Positions 20,370 to 30,698 are shown, numbered from the stretch's first letter. The stretch: DNA of 64,000 nt from Candidatus Poribacteria bacterium (GCA_963663765.2 CAXXUA010000013.1:224001-288000), one strand, 5' to 3'. The notes: generated by a model not told the origin, from the letters alone. Numbers and translations are program-made.

Positions 20370-20453
20370 GGAACTCTATCAAAGTAGTGGTAACAATTAT
20401 CACGGTATAATTCTTAATCAACACGAGAAAAACTTAGTGGGATTTCGATCCTA

Positions 20454-21272
20454 TTAGAATACATCTTCGTTGGGACGTGGGTTGTGTATCCAATGGCCGT
20501 TTGGATCGCTGCCTCTTGCAATAATTGCCCTTTGATTCCAATTGTTTGCAGCGTGTACGTCTGGTGGAACAAATCGCATTGTCAGTCCACATCGTCTTCT
20601 ATTTGAGGTATTCGGTTCTGAACCGTGCAATAGCAGATCAGAATGTAGTGACATCTGTCCTGCTTTCATCTCAAAATGCACGGGTGTCTCACCATACTTT
20701 TCAGGTTCATACACAGATTGACTCAATACGTTCTTTTCCTCAGCAGTACTTCGCTCAAACGCTATTTGCCCGTGCAGGTGTGATTTAGGAATAATAGTCA
20801 TAGCACCATTTTCAACAGAAGTGTCATCAATCGCCAACCACACAGTGACTGTTTTGCTCGGTGAAAGGGGCCAATAAGATGCGTCTTGATGCCAACTGAC
20901 TTGTTTGTCTTCCCCAGGCAGTTTACAGAAATAATGCGTTCCCCAACAGATCAGGTTTTCACCAAGTAGGTCTTGAACATAGTCCAGTATTCTGTCATCT
21001 GTAATAAGGTCGTGAATACCAGCACACCGTGTATGCCAACCGTTAATGGAATAACTGTTTCCACCATCTGCTAAGACTTTTTCCATCAAGCGGTTGAAAT
21101 ACTCACGGTGTTGTGTGATCTCCGACTCAGGAAAGACATCTAACGGACAGATAAAACCTTTTTCGTTAAAGTGCTGAATTTGGGTTTGTGTTAATGTTGA
21201 TGGTTTTGCGTTGTCAACGGGAAAGAATTGTAGTTTACGTTTGAGGTCAGGTAGTGCATCAGTGATTGGCAT
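20454..21272 (-). CDS. Phytanoyl-CoA dioxygenase (PhyH) family Fe(II)/2-oxoglutarate dioxygenase
   Basis: WHQD (HxD), TVWLAIDD..VENG, LLHGS.PN.S.RRR. Confidence 0.9.
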   Translation of the reverse strand: MPITDALPDLKRKLQFFPVDNAKPSTLTQTQIQHFNEKGFICPLDVFPESEITQHREYFNRLMEKVLADGGNSYSINGWHTRCAGIHDLITDDRILDYVQDLLGENLICWGTHYFCKLPGEDKQVSWHQDASYWPLSPSKTVTVWLAIDDTSVENGAMTIIPKSHLHGQIAFERSTAEEKNVLSQSVYEPEKYGETPVHFEMKAGQMSLHSDLLLHGSEPNTSNRRRCGLTMRFVPPDVHAANNWNQRAIIARGSDPNGHWIHNPRPNEDVF

Positions 21273-21358
21273 TTAGAATTCCTTTCTATTCTTTCTATTA
21301 TGTGAGAAAAAAGGGGAGAAAAAAGGACAGAGGTTATTCACTCCTAACAAGACTCATT

Positions 21359-22132
21359 CTAATGATGCCGTTTCGATTTAATAACACCCCATCGTGTAGC
21401 GAGTTTATTTTTAGGTTCTACTGCTGCAAAATCACCATCTTTAATCGTGTTGATCTCTTTTTCAGAAAGGATTCTATTAAACAGGTACACTTCGTCAATA
21501 GTTCCAGTGAAGAATTCCTGTCCTGGATGTCTTGCTCCTACCATAATTGAACCATCAATCTCATCAACCATTGGGTGTTTCTCACCATTACTCGCCTTTT
21601 GTCCATCATGGTAAAGAAGAACTTCAGTATTAACGTCGTAGGTTAAAGCGATATGTACCCAGTCAGTTGGTTGATTATCAGTGGTGATACTTCTTCTTGC
21701 CCAATTAGTTTGATTACGTGCATAGACATAGGTTTTCTGGTCCCCATTGTTAAAAATGACAGCCCATTTTAGATTTCCTGCTGCGACCATATAGTTCCAA
21801 TTTGATGCTTGGGTGTCCCCGCGTTTTACCCAAAAAGCAACAGAGAAACTTTCTCTCAACTGCAAAGTATCAGTAATTGGTATTTTAACGTGTTGTCCCT
21901 TAGTCCCATCAAATTCAAGTGCTTTTCCCCCAAATTGTCCATTAACCCTTGATGGATTTGCTATTAGCTCTCCATCATGTCCATAAGTAGAACTGTCCTT
22001 TGCTTTATCCCCTGATCCTTCCTCAAAAGACAAATATAATACCAAAGAATCATCATCAGGAGCAGCAAATAACGTTGTGTTGACTAAGAACAGAGTCAAT
22101 ATAGCTGCGAAAATCGCAATATTCTTTTTCAC
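21359..22132 (-). CDS. Secreted LamG/concanavalin-A-like domain protein
   Basis: Probable GTG start at 22132 (AGGAGGG RBS) rather than 22165; signal peptide; LVLYLSFEEGSG..AKDSS, GKALEFDG, WVHIALTYD, FTGTIDEVYLFNRILS; C-terminal AVEPKNKLATRWGVIK. Confidence 0.88.
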   Translation of the reverse strand: MKKNIAIFAAILTLFLVNTTLFAAPDDDSLVLYLSFEEGSGDKAKDSSTYGHDGELIANPSRVNGQFGGKALEFDGTKGQHVKIPITDTLQLRESFSVAFWVKRGDTQASNWNYMVAAGNLKWAVIFNNGDQKTYVYARNQTNWARRSITTDNQPTDWVHIALTYDVNTEVLLYHDGQKASNGEKHPMVDEIDGSIMVGARHPGQEFFTGTIDEVYLFNRILSEKEINTIKDGDFAAVEPKNKLATRWGVIKSKRHH

Positions 22133-22214
22133 CGGATTCCCTCCTATAATTAAGTGTCTATTCATAGGAAACTACTCGTCAGATTTCCCAGAAAATAAAG
22201 GATACATTCCGTAT

Positions 22215-23957
22215 TTAACAAGCACCACATTTCTTACATACTGTGGTATCACAAGATCTTGTCATATAACCTTTTTCGTGTTTGTTGAATTCAAGTTGTA
22301 GGAATTTCGGTTTTACGTTTAGGTCAAGATGATCCCATGGATTTACTTCGTTGAAATCGCGTTGTCTTAATGCGTAAAAGTCTGGTAATAACCCATTTTT
22401 TCTGAATGCGTTATTCCAAGACATTCCGCGTGCGATATCCAATATCACCCTACCAAGTCTTCGGTCACCGCGTGCAAACGCTGCTTCTTGATGTGCCATA
22501 CGAGCACTTGCGGATGATACTTTGATACTTCCGAGACTGTTGATTTCACGTTTTAAATAATCAAGTTTTTTTGCTATCGTTTTTGGGGGTTCCATTGCAA
22601 CCCACTGAAATGGTGTATGTGGTTTTGGAACCATAGGTGAAATAGTAAAACTGATGCGACCAATCTTACCAGTGCGTTTAGCATGTGGTAACAGGATTGT
22701 CCGCATCTCTCTTGCCATTTCAGCAATTGCAGTCACATCTTCTGGAGTCTCGTGGGGAACTCCGATCAGAAAATATAAACGTAGATTTAGGATGTCACGT
22801 TTGAGTGCTTCTTCAAAAACATAATAAAGACGTTCTCGGGGGATTGCTTTATTAACTACCTTTTGAAGTTCTTCAGTAGCTACTTCGGGTGCGATTGTGA
22901 TGGTACCCTGTTCGCTGTCAGCCAGTGCGTCAAGCAATGGGGTCTCAACCGTTTCAGCACGGAGAGAAGCACATGAAATACGGAAACCGTTGTCTACCAA
23001 ACCAGTAGCAATTTCATTTATCTGTGGGTGGTCGGAAATAGATGCCCCGACCAATCCTATTCTATCCGTGATACCTCTTGCTTTTTCTGCAAGTGCAAGT
23101 GTATTCTCAACAGAGCGATGTCTCGGCCATCGACGTGCGTAATCTGCAACACAGAAACGGCACTGTCTGCCACATCCACGAACAATCTCAATTAGATGTG
23201 CATTTGAAAACTCAGTGTTCGGTGTATGAATCTGGGTACAGGTTTGGACATCATCAAGAACTGGTACTGCAGCCGAACGTATTTTCTCTGGATAACCCGG
23301 CTTAGGGGATACCTCTTTTACACTTCCATCAGACTTGTAAGAGACCTTATAGAAACTTGGAACATAGAATCCAGGTTCATTGCCAAGAATTTTCAATAGA
23401 TCATCTTTCGGTGCATTTGACAATTTCCATTCGTGGAATTTATTCATGAGATCGTGGATGATCAGTTCAGCCTCACCTACGACAAAGACATCAATGAAAT
23501 CCGCAATTGGTTCGGGATTATATGAGATGTTAATTCCACCTGCGATGATGAGTGGATCCCAATCTGTACGTTCTTCGGCAATTTCTGGGATGTTGCCTAA
23601 TGCTAATGCTCGTGGGATATTGATATAATCAGATTCAAATGAAACTGAGAAACCGACTACATCAAAAGTATTTAGTGGACTCTGTGTTTCCAAAGAGAAG
23701 AGTGGTAATTTCTTCCTAACGAGTTCCTGAATATATTGAGTCTCTGGAATAAAGACTCGTTCACAAGCAGTATCTTTTCGCGAGTTTAAGGTAGCATGAA
23801 TTACCTGCAAACCTAAACTTGACATCCCAAGTTGATATGTACTTGGATATACAAGTGCAAATTTATTAGGTTTCCTAAAGTGTGTTGAGGTGCGTTCGTT
23901 TTCAAACGAGCTTTTTTCTGAATTTAGTAGTTCATACGTGTGTTCGCGTAAATCCAA
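22215..23957 (-). CDS. B12-binding-domain radical SAM protein (TIGR03960/YgiQ-related family)
   Basis: YPSTYQLGMSSLG, CERVF, NPEPIADFID, RGCGRQCRFC (CxxxCxxC), VPKPHTPFQW, C-terminal C..VC..CGAC. Likely TTG start at 23957 after AGAGGTG (track gives 23984). Confidence 0.85.
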   Translation of the reverse strand: MDLREHTYELLNSEKSSFENERTSTHFRKPNKFALVYPSTYQLGMSSLGLQVIHATLNSRKDTACERVFIPETQYIQELVRKKLPLFSLETQSPLNTFDVVGFSVSFESDYINIPRALALGNIPEIAEERTDWDPLIIAGGINISYNPEPIADFIDVFVVGEAELIIHDLMNKFHEWKLSNAPKDDLLKILGNEPGFYVPSFYKVSYKSDGSVKEVSPKPGYPEKIRSAAVPVLDDVQTCTQIHTPNTEFSNAHLIEIVRGCGRQCRFCVADYARRWPRHRSVENTLALAEKARGITDRIGLVGASISDHPQINEIATGLVDNGFRISCASLRAETVETPLLDALADSEQGTITIAPEVATEELQKVVNKAIPRERLYYVFEEALKRDILNLRLYFLIGVPHETPEDVTAIAEMAREMRTILLPHAKRTGKIGRISFTISPMVPKPHTPFQWVAMEPPKTIAKKLDYLKREINSLGSIKVSSASARMAHQEAAFARGDRRLGRVILDIARGMSWNNAFRKNGLLPDFYALRQRDFNEVNPWDHLDLNVKPKFLQLEFNKHEKGYMTRSCDTTVCKKCGAC

Positions 23958-24029
23958 TATACACCTCTTACCAAAAGCATTCAACCAATAATATCACATA
24001 CTGAATATGCAAGAATACAATATAACTGA

Positions 24030-25373
24030 TTAGTTTCTCCGTTTATCTCTTTTCTGTTGAACGCGAAGGAATGCAGGAATATCCCACTGTTTACCACGGT
24101 TCTGCTCTTGACCTTCCTCATTCTCTTGTTGATTATTCTCTGTTTCTTCTTGTTCAGCTCGTTGTTTGGGATTTGTCGGTCGATTTGAAGGTGTTCGCGG
24201 ATTAGGAGTACTTTGTGTGCCTTCGTTTCTTCTGTTTTGAGACTGACGATCCCAAGATGGTCGTGAAGTACTTGTTGGAGTCCGTGCTTCGGTATTCCTA
24301 ACCCGACTACCTTGTAGCATAGGATTCGGTTGTCCACCTTGAGGAGAATAACTACCAGCTTGTGGGTTATATCTAGTTGCTGTATTGTTCATTACATTTT
24401 CATCAGCAGGTGCATCAAAACCGGTTGCGATCACTGTTACCATCACTTCATCGTTGAGTTCTAATTCATCTCTATAAACTAAACCAAAGATCGGTTGTGC
24501 ATCTTCTGATGCTTCCACTATGACCTTCATGGTTTCATCTAATTCGTGCATTGTAAAATTAGGTGGTGAAGTTATATTGACTATCATACCCACTGCACCA
24601 GCAATACTGGTTTCTTCAAGCAAAGGTGATGAGATCGCTGCCACTGCTGCAGCATGTGCGCGGTTATCTCCTACAGCACTTCCCATACCCATCAATGCAG
24701 TACCAGCATCGCGCATCACTGTTTCTACATCAGCGAAATCAACATTAATTTCCCCAGTTTCTCTAATGATTTCGGAGATACTCTGAACACCATGTAGAAG
24801 AATCCTATCTCCCTCTTTGAATGCTTCAGGAATGGGTAGTTTTCTATCAAAAGTGTCAATCAAACGTTGGTTAGGTACGACTATGACAGAATCCGCACTA
24901 TCACGTAATTCTTTTAGTCCGATTTCTGCTTTTTCTGCGCGATGCCTTCCTTCAAAATCAAAAGGACGAGTTACAACACCAATAGTCAATGCTCCTTTTT
25001 CTTTTGCGAGTGAAGCAACAATTGGGGCTGCACCTGTACCAGTACCTCCCCCCATACCCGCAGCAACAAATACCATGTTTGCAGAATCAACAATACCCTG
25101 CAAACGTTCACGGTCCTCTTCTGCTGCCCGCCTACCGATTTCGGGATCTGCACCCGCACCTAATCCCTTAGTTGTTTGAACACCAATTTGTACCCGTTCG
25201 GCACCATGGCATGAATTGAGTGCTTGTGAGTCAGTGTTTACGGCATAAAACTCTATGTCAGTGAGGGCTGCTTCGATCATACGTCTGACAGCATTACCGC
25301 CTGCTCCACCTACACCGATAACCTTGATTTTTGCACTCGTATTGTTAATCTCTTCTTGTTCAAAATGAATCAT
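24030..25373 (-). CDS. ftsZ: Cell division protein FtsZ
   Basis: IKVIGVGGAGGNA, GMGGGTGTG, INVDFADV, long low-complexity linker, terminal DIPAFLR. Confidence 0.98.
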   Translation of the reverse strand: MIHFEQEEINNTSAKIKVIGVGGAGGNAVRRMIEAALTDIEFYAVNTDSQALNSCHGAERVQIGVQTTKGLGAGADPEIGRRAAEEDRERLQGIVDSANMVFVAAGMGGGTGTGAAPIVASLAKEKGALTIGVVTRPFDFEGRHRAEKAEIGLKELRDSADSVIVVPNQRLIDTFDRKLPIPEAFKEGDRILLHGVQSISEIIRETGEINVDFADVETVMRDAGTALMGMGSAVGDNRAHAAAVAAISSPLLEETSIAGAVGMIVNITSPPNFTMHELDETMKVIVEASEDAQPIFGLVYRDELELNDEVMVTVIATGFDAPADENVMNNTATRYNPQAGSYSPQGGQPNPMLQGSRVRNTEARTPTSTSRPSWDRQSQNRRNEGTQSTPNPRTPSNRPTNPKQRAEQEETENNQQENEEGQEQNRGKQWDIPAFLRVQQKRDKRRN

Positions 25374-25847
25374 ATTTAATTTCAGTCACCTTTGAACTAC
25401 ACATCCTTTTGTGCATCACTGCAGTATTACTACAGATTGATTTATCATTAGAATGTTGTTTAACCAACGGCAACCTACTTCCTCCTTTTTCATAAACACT
25501 TCATCCAGTTCCCCACAGTCAAAGTAAAATCTTACACACTGATGGTTTGCCACCCCCTTGTATAATTTCCAATCCTAAAAGCATACCTATATTAGCGTGA
25601 TTGTATTACATTTTGTAATCACTTTAACAATAAAATATATAATACTGTGTATTTTCGTGATTTGTATGTATTTCTTTTTTCATGAAGTTAATTGTAAGGT
25701 AATGCCATTAACTTGTAAAATTACACAATTTATTATACATTTAAAACATAATTAAATCAATATTAAGAATAAACATTCGCACAAATATTGTGCTTCTTCA
25801 GCAATTTCTGTTCTTAACAATAGGACGATCACCTTAGTATCTATATA

Positions 25848-27083
25848 TTAATATCCGAACCATTCCTTTATACGCCGAAAGAAACCTCCCATAAAACTTG
25901 AACTACGTCTAAGTGCTTGTTTCTGTTTTTCTTCACGTCGCAAAGTTTCACCATACATTGCCAAACCAAGACTTGTGGCATACATAGGATAATTTACACG
26001 GTCTGATAGACCCTTTAATTCCATTGGATATCCGACCTGTACACGAAGTTCTAATACTTGCTCAGCCAATTCTGTTAAACCATCCATGAGTGCAGTACCC
26101 CCTGTCAACACAAGTCCACCTGGCAGTTGCATTTCACCAATTTCCCTAGATATTCCTTCCAAAATCTCAACCATACGGTATTCAATGATCTGAGCAAGTT
26201 CATAACGACTAATAAATTTGGGAGGTGTAGAACCTGTTGTAATTGGTACAGGATTTGTGTCATCTTCTGGCACCCATGCTGTCCATGCACATCCCCGGTG
26301 AAGTTTTATTTCTTCAGCCATCGGTAAAGGAACTTTAAGGTATTGTGCAATATCATTTGTTACATGTTGACCTCCCACAGGTAGTACTACCACATGTTGA
26401 ATCGCATCTTCTTTGTAAATGATGATATCAGTTGTTTGGTCCCCAATATCGGCAAGAGCTACCCCAACTTCGCGTTCATCCCGTTGTAAGACTGCTTTGG
26501 CTGATGCAAGCGGTGTAACTGTGATGGTTTCTACACTTGGGATTTCCGAACTTTCAACACTGTTCAACAAACTCTGAATACCACTTGTGTTTCCAGTGAT
26601 TATATATGCATTTGCCTCTAAACGGGACCCCGACATACCAATTGGTTCTTTGATCCTATTGTCCATGTCAATTACGAAATTTTGCTCAATTACATGAAGA
26701 ATATCTTGTCCATCAGGGATCGCAGCAATTGTTCGAGCAGAATGTACAGCACGATCTACATCATCCTTAGTAATCTGTGATGGGTTCTTTACGGTTACAA
26801 CGCCGCGGGAAGTTTGTCCAAGTATATGTTCACCCGTAATACCCAAGCATACTACCTCAATGTTGATACCTGCCATGAGTTCCGCTTCTGTTATCGCTTC
26901 TCGAATTGCTTCTGCTGTCAGATTGATGTCAACCACTACTCCCCTACGCAAGCCTTTTGAACTTGCAGAGCCAACACCGATAATTTCCATCTGCCCATCT
27001 AAACTTGGAAGTGTATGACACACAACCGCAGAAATTTTACTTGAACCGATGTCTAATCCGGTGATTATGGTTCCTTTTGCCAT
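25848..27083 (-). CDS. ftsA: Cell division protein FtsA
   Basis: GLDIGSSKI, GLRRGVVVD, PIGMSG.RLE, GGQHVTNDI, VLTGG, amphipathic C-terminus FFRRIKEWF. Confidence 0.96.
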   Translation of the reverse strand: MAKGTIITGLDIGSSKISAVVCHTLPSLDGQMEIIGVGSASSKGLRRGVVVDINLTAEAIREAITEAELMAGINIEVVCLGITGEHILGQTSRGVVTVKNPSQITKDDVDRAVHSARTIAAIPDGQDILHVIEQNFVIDMDNRIKEPIGMSGSRLEANAYIITGNTSGIQSLLNSVESSEIPSVETITVTPLASAKAVLQRDEREVGVALADIGDQTTDIIIYKEDAIQHVVVLPVGGQHVTNDIAQYLKVPLPMAEEIKLHRGCAWTAWVPEDDTNPVPITTGSTPPKFISRYELAQIIEYRMVEILEGISREIGEMQLPGGLVLTGGTALMDGLTELAEQVLELRVQVGYPMELKGLSDRVNYPMYATSLGLAMYGETLRREEKQKQALRRSSSFMGGFFRRIKEWFGY

Positions 27084-28028
27084 TTAATTACTGTCCCCTC
27101 CTAAATAAAGTGTATCTTCATATCGCGCATCTATGTATTTATGTTTTTTAGGTGTTGTTGTTTTTTGTGTACCTTCATGTGGCTCTATGGATTCTGATGG
27201 TACTGACATGGTATTTTGCTGGATTCGGTGAGATTGTTGTCTAACAAACAAACCAATATGTCGGATTCCAGTTTTGATAGAATCAGCAGCGATCCAAATT
27301 GGGATGGGCATGTTATCAAAATGTAATATAATTTTTTGGAATTTGCGTGCATCAATTTTCCGAAGATCTTTTGCCAGTTTCGGTTCTTTAGATCTAACAT
27401 GCTTTAGAATTTCTATTCCTGTTTGTGTAGCAGAGGTACTCATCTGTTTGCCAATTTTAGGTAAATTTTCTCCTTCATCTACGATAAAAATCGTCTGATT
27501 GAATTGTGTAGGTATTATAGATTCTAACACATATCCCTTATCATCTATCAAGTAAAAATGTCTTTTATCGTCTGGTTTTTTATAAGAACTCTGCTTTTTT
27601 TTCATTTCTGAGGTATCCAATAATAAGAAATTTAGTCTTGCGTAAACTTTTCTTTCTGTTACTTCAATGGTAAGTTGACGTTTTGCTAAATTCTTGGTTA
27701 CCTCAACGTTTTTTAAATAACTCAGATTTTCTTTTAAGTATATCGCTGTTTGATATTCTGAATCTATGACGATATTGTCTAAATTATCACCAAGAACATC
27801 ATATATCTGTCCTTCAGTATAATGCAAATTTCCAAAAAGTGCAAATGATACATTTTCTATATTAAAGAATCCCAATATAATTTTACCAATAAACAACACG
27901 GTAATCAATAACATTCCTATAATGACTATTCGTCTGGCTCGGAAAGTAGATGTACGAACATGTTTGGGTTGAAATATTCTATGATTTGGTTCCCAATTTT
28001 TTACTTTTGTTTTCTTTAGAAATCTCAT
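27084..28028 (-). CDS. ftsQ: Cell division protein FtsQ/DivIB (divergent)
   Basis: Basic tail, single TM, POTRA-like FNIENV...GN...VEVTK...LTIEVTER, terminal YIDARY; located between murC and ftsA. Confidence 0.8.
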   Translation of the reverse strand: MRFLKKTKVKNWEPNHRIFQPKHVRTSTFRARRIVIIGMLLITVLFIGKIILGFFNIENVSFALFGNLHYTEGQIYDVLGDNLDNIVIDSEYQTAIYLKENLSYLKNVEVTKNLAKRQLTIEVTERKVYARLNFLLLDTSEMKKKQSSYKKPDDKRHFYLIDDKGYVLESIIPTQFNQTIFIVDEGENLPKIGKQMSTSATQTGIEILKHVRSKEPKLAKDLRKIDARKFQKIILHFDNMPIPIWIAADSIKTGIRHIGLFVRQQSHRIQQNTMSVPSESIEPHEGTQKTTTPKKHKYIDARYEDTLYLGGDSN

Positions 28029-28034
28029 AGTCTT

Positions 28035-29405
28035 TTAACCCAGATCCGTTGCACGTCTACTCAAAAAATCATGACCGACATTTACAATGTCTCCTGCCCC
28101 AAGTGTGATTACCAAGTCATTGGGTTGTGTAATTTCCATGAGACGTTCAACAACATCTGTCATGTGAGAAACATACATTACATTAGTATGTCCATGTGCT
28201 TTAATTGCCTTTGCTAAGTTTTCTCCTGTCACGTTTTCTATAGGTTTTTCACCTGCTCCAAATATTGACGTAACTATCAAAACATCTGCTTGATAGAATG
28301 AACGAGAAAATTCATCTGTGAGGTCACGCACGCGAGCATATCTATGCGGTTGAAAAACTGCAACAATACGTCGGTTATAACCTTCCCGGGCACCACGTAA
28401 AGCCGCTGTTAATTTTGCAGGATTGTGTGCATAGTCGTCAACAACCACTATATCATCTACCGTTCCTAATACTTCAAATCGCCGATGAACACCCTGAAAT
28501 GATTCTAGTGCATGCTGAATTTGGTCAAACGCAATATCCAATTCAAATCCTACTGCTATTGCTGCTAATGAATTTGATATATTATGTCGTCCAGGCATTT
28601 TCAGATGAACTATACCACATTCTTCACCATAGTAACGGACCCGATAATGAGAGGAAGGACCATCAATTACTATTTCCTCAGCAATCAGGTCAGCGCGTGT
28701 ATCAAGACCATAGGTCGTGAATTTCTTTTTTACCTTTGGGATAAGTTTCTGAATATTCTCTTGATCAAGACACAAAACAGCTCCGCCATAAAACGGTACT
28801 TTGTTGATAAATGTTAGAAACGTTTCTCCGATTTCTTCAATGTTGTTGTAATAGTCAAGATGATCCGCATCGACAGAAGTAACTACAGCAATAGTGGGAT
28901 AAATCATTTTGATTGAACCATAAGCCTCATCTGCCTCAATTACCATTACATCTCCATGTCCACTTCGTGCATTACTTCCATCAACCAACTTCCCACCAAC
29001 TACTACCGTTGGATCAAGTGAAGCTAATACAGCAGATGTCATAGCTGTAGTTGTAGTTTTGCCATGTGTACCACTGACAGCAATACTATATCGCATCCGA
29101 GTAATTTCATTCAACATCTCTGCTCCCATTATTATCGGGATTTTCGATAGCATCGCAGCTTGTAGTTCTGGGTTGTTATCTGGAATAGCAGGTGATCTGA
29201 CGACTACATCCGCACCATCAATATACGACGAGTCATGACCATACCAAATTTTAGCACCACATGATTTCAAATGTTCTGTGGTTACAGACTTCTTTATATC
29301 TGAACCTGATACTAGAAAGTCAAAGTCAAGAAGCACTTCCGCAATGCCACTTAAACCTGCTCCGCCTATACCAATGATATGAATATTTTGGGTTTTACCA
29401 AACAA
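28035..29405 (-). CDS. murC: UDP-N-acetylmuramate-L-alanine ligase
   Basis: IGIGGAGLSG, GTHGKTTT, DHLD, GVHRRFE, DDYAHNP, FQPHRY, GAGDI. Confidence 0.95.
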   Translation of the reverse strand: MFGKTQNIHIIGIGGAGLSGIAEVLLDFDFLVSGSDIKKSVTTEHLKSCGAKIWYGHDSSYIDGADVVVRSPAIPDNNPELQAAMLSKIPIIMGAEMLNEITRMRYSIAVSGTHGKTTTTAMTSAVLASLDPTVVVGGKLVDGSNARSGHGDVMVIEADEAYGSIKMIYPTIAVVTSVDADHLDYYNNIEEIGETFLTFINKVPFYGGAVLCLDQENIQKLIPKVKKKFTTYGLDTRADLIAEEIVIDGPSSHYRVRYYGEECGIVHLKMPGRHNISNSLAAIAVGFELDIAFDQIQHALESFQGVHRRFEVLGTVDDIVVVDDYAHNPAKLTAALRGAREGYNRRIVAVFQPHRYARVRDLTDEFSRSFYQADVLIVTSIFGAGEKPIENVTGENLAKAIKAHGHTNVMYVSHMTDVVERLMEITQPNDLVITLGAGDIVNVGHDFLSRRATDLG

Positions 29406-29468
29406 CGTAAATCTCCATCCTAAAGCTAAAATTCAATCTTTTCTAACGAAAGATAGTGATATTAGAGT

Positions 29469-30698
29469 TTACTTCACTAATGTAAGTTCATAAATTGACT
29501 TAGCGATCATATCACCTGCAAATGGACGACCCAAACTTAAACTTGAAGAACGCATTTCTTGAAATGTTTCTGTGTCTGTGATGATACGAAAAAACTCATT
29601 GACAAGTACATCGTGTTTTAACGTATCCTGTTCAAGCATTGTCGCTGCACCAGCATTTACAACCGTCTCGGCATTCTGTACTTGATTGTTTCCAATTGCA
29701 GCAGGCAATGGTATAAAAATTGCGGGAATACCACATGCGGTGACTTCAGATACTGTCATACCTCCAGCTCTACATATCATCAAGTCTGCAATACAATATA
29801 CCTCTTCTACCTGATTAAAGAAGGGACGAGTATGATGTGGAATTCCGTGTTTTGAATAAGCTTCCTTAACATCCTCTACATCTGATTCTCCGGTCTGATG
29901 TACTATTTGTATTTGTTTTGTCTTTGCACCAATAATAGACATAAAATGCCCATTATCCTTGTTTTGTTGAATATTTTTTACACGTTCTGCTATTAATGGA
30001 GACGCATTAATCATTGCTGAGTTTATCGCACGCGCTCCTTGACTGCCTCCCATGACAAAGACAGTTGTCAGATTAGGATCTAAACTATACTTGCTATATA
30101 TTTCATCTGTACGTGAACATTCTGTAATTTCTGGACGTATTGGATTACCAGTTATCTGTATAATGTTTTCAGGAAACCTGTGAGTTTTAGGTGGTAAAGC
30201 AAGGAATGCTGCCTTAGCAAAACAAGAGAGAATACTGTTCGTCAAACCAGGTGTTACATTCTGTTCCTGAATGGTTATCGGGATATCCAGTAACCATCCA
30301 GCAAATAGAACTGGTCCGGAAACGTATCCTCCAGTACCAATGACAACTTCTGGTTTGAATCGTTTTAAATGCTTAATTGACTGCAATAATCCTTTAATGA
30401 CCTTGATTATTACCGGAATCCACTTCAAAGTAAAACTACGTGGAAATCCTTCCACTTTAATGGGTAAAAACTGGTAACCTTGTTGTGGTACAAGGGTTGA
30501 TTCTAATCGGTCATCCCCTCCAATAAACACAAGGTCTACTTCTGGATTTAGTCGTTGAAGGGCTTGTGCGATACCGATCGCAGGATATATATGACCACCT
30601 GTACCACCCCCTGCAAGGACAATTCTATTCACGTACTTTTTACCCTCAAAATTATCTTTATCGTTTTCTTGTCTAAGTTGTTTTTCTATTATAGTCAC
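29469..30698 (-). CDS. murG: Undecaprenyl-PP-MurNAc-pentapeptide GlcNAc transferase
   Basis: GGGTGGHIYP, GTGGYVS, EQN..PGLTN, GNPIR, GGSQGA, CRAGGMTVSE. Confidence 0.96.
   Translation of the reverse strand: MTIIEKQLRQENDKDNFEGKKYVNRIVLAGGGTGGHIYPAIGIAQALQRLNPEVDLVFIGGDDRLESTLVPQQGYQFLPIKVEGFPRSFTLKWIPVIIKVIKGLLQSIKHLKRFKPEVVIGTGGYVSGPVLFAGWLLDIPITIQEQNVTPGLTNSILSCFAKAAFLALPPKTHRFPENIIQITGNPIRPEITECSRTDEIYSKYSLDPNLTTVFVMGGSQGARAINSAMINASPLIAERVKNIQQNKDNGHFMSIIGAKTKQIQIVHQTGESDVEDVKEAYSKHGIPHHTRPFFNQVEEVYCIADLMICRAGGMTVSEVTACGIPAIFIPLPAAIGNNQVQNAETVVNAGAATMLEQDTLKHDVLVNEFFRIITDTETFQEMRSSSLSLGRPFAGDMIAKSIYELTLVK

Noticed and set aside
23981-24337. 118-aa alternative-frame ORF overlapping the ftsZ 3' end
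   Set aside because: It overlaps the low-complexity FtsZ linker and conserved C-terminal peptide, with no clear RBS or motif.
25500-25560. GGCAAACC motif upstream of ftsZ as a c-di-GMP-I riboswitch
   Set aside because: The GNRA-capped P2 stem and the following GACGCAAAG core are missing.
25690-25710. Second sigma54-like site (TGGCAT) upstream of ftsZ, and similar ones near 54860 and 16457
   Set aside because: The GG-N10-GC spacing or the -12 GC is not satisfied.
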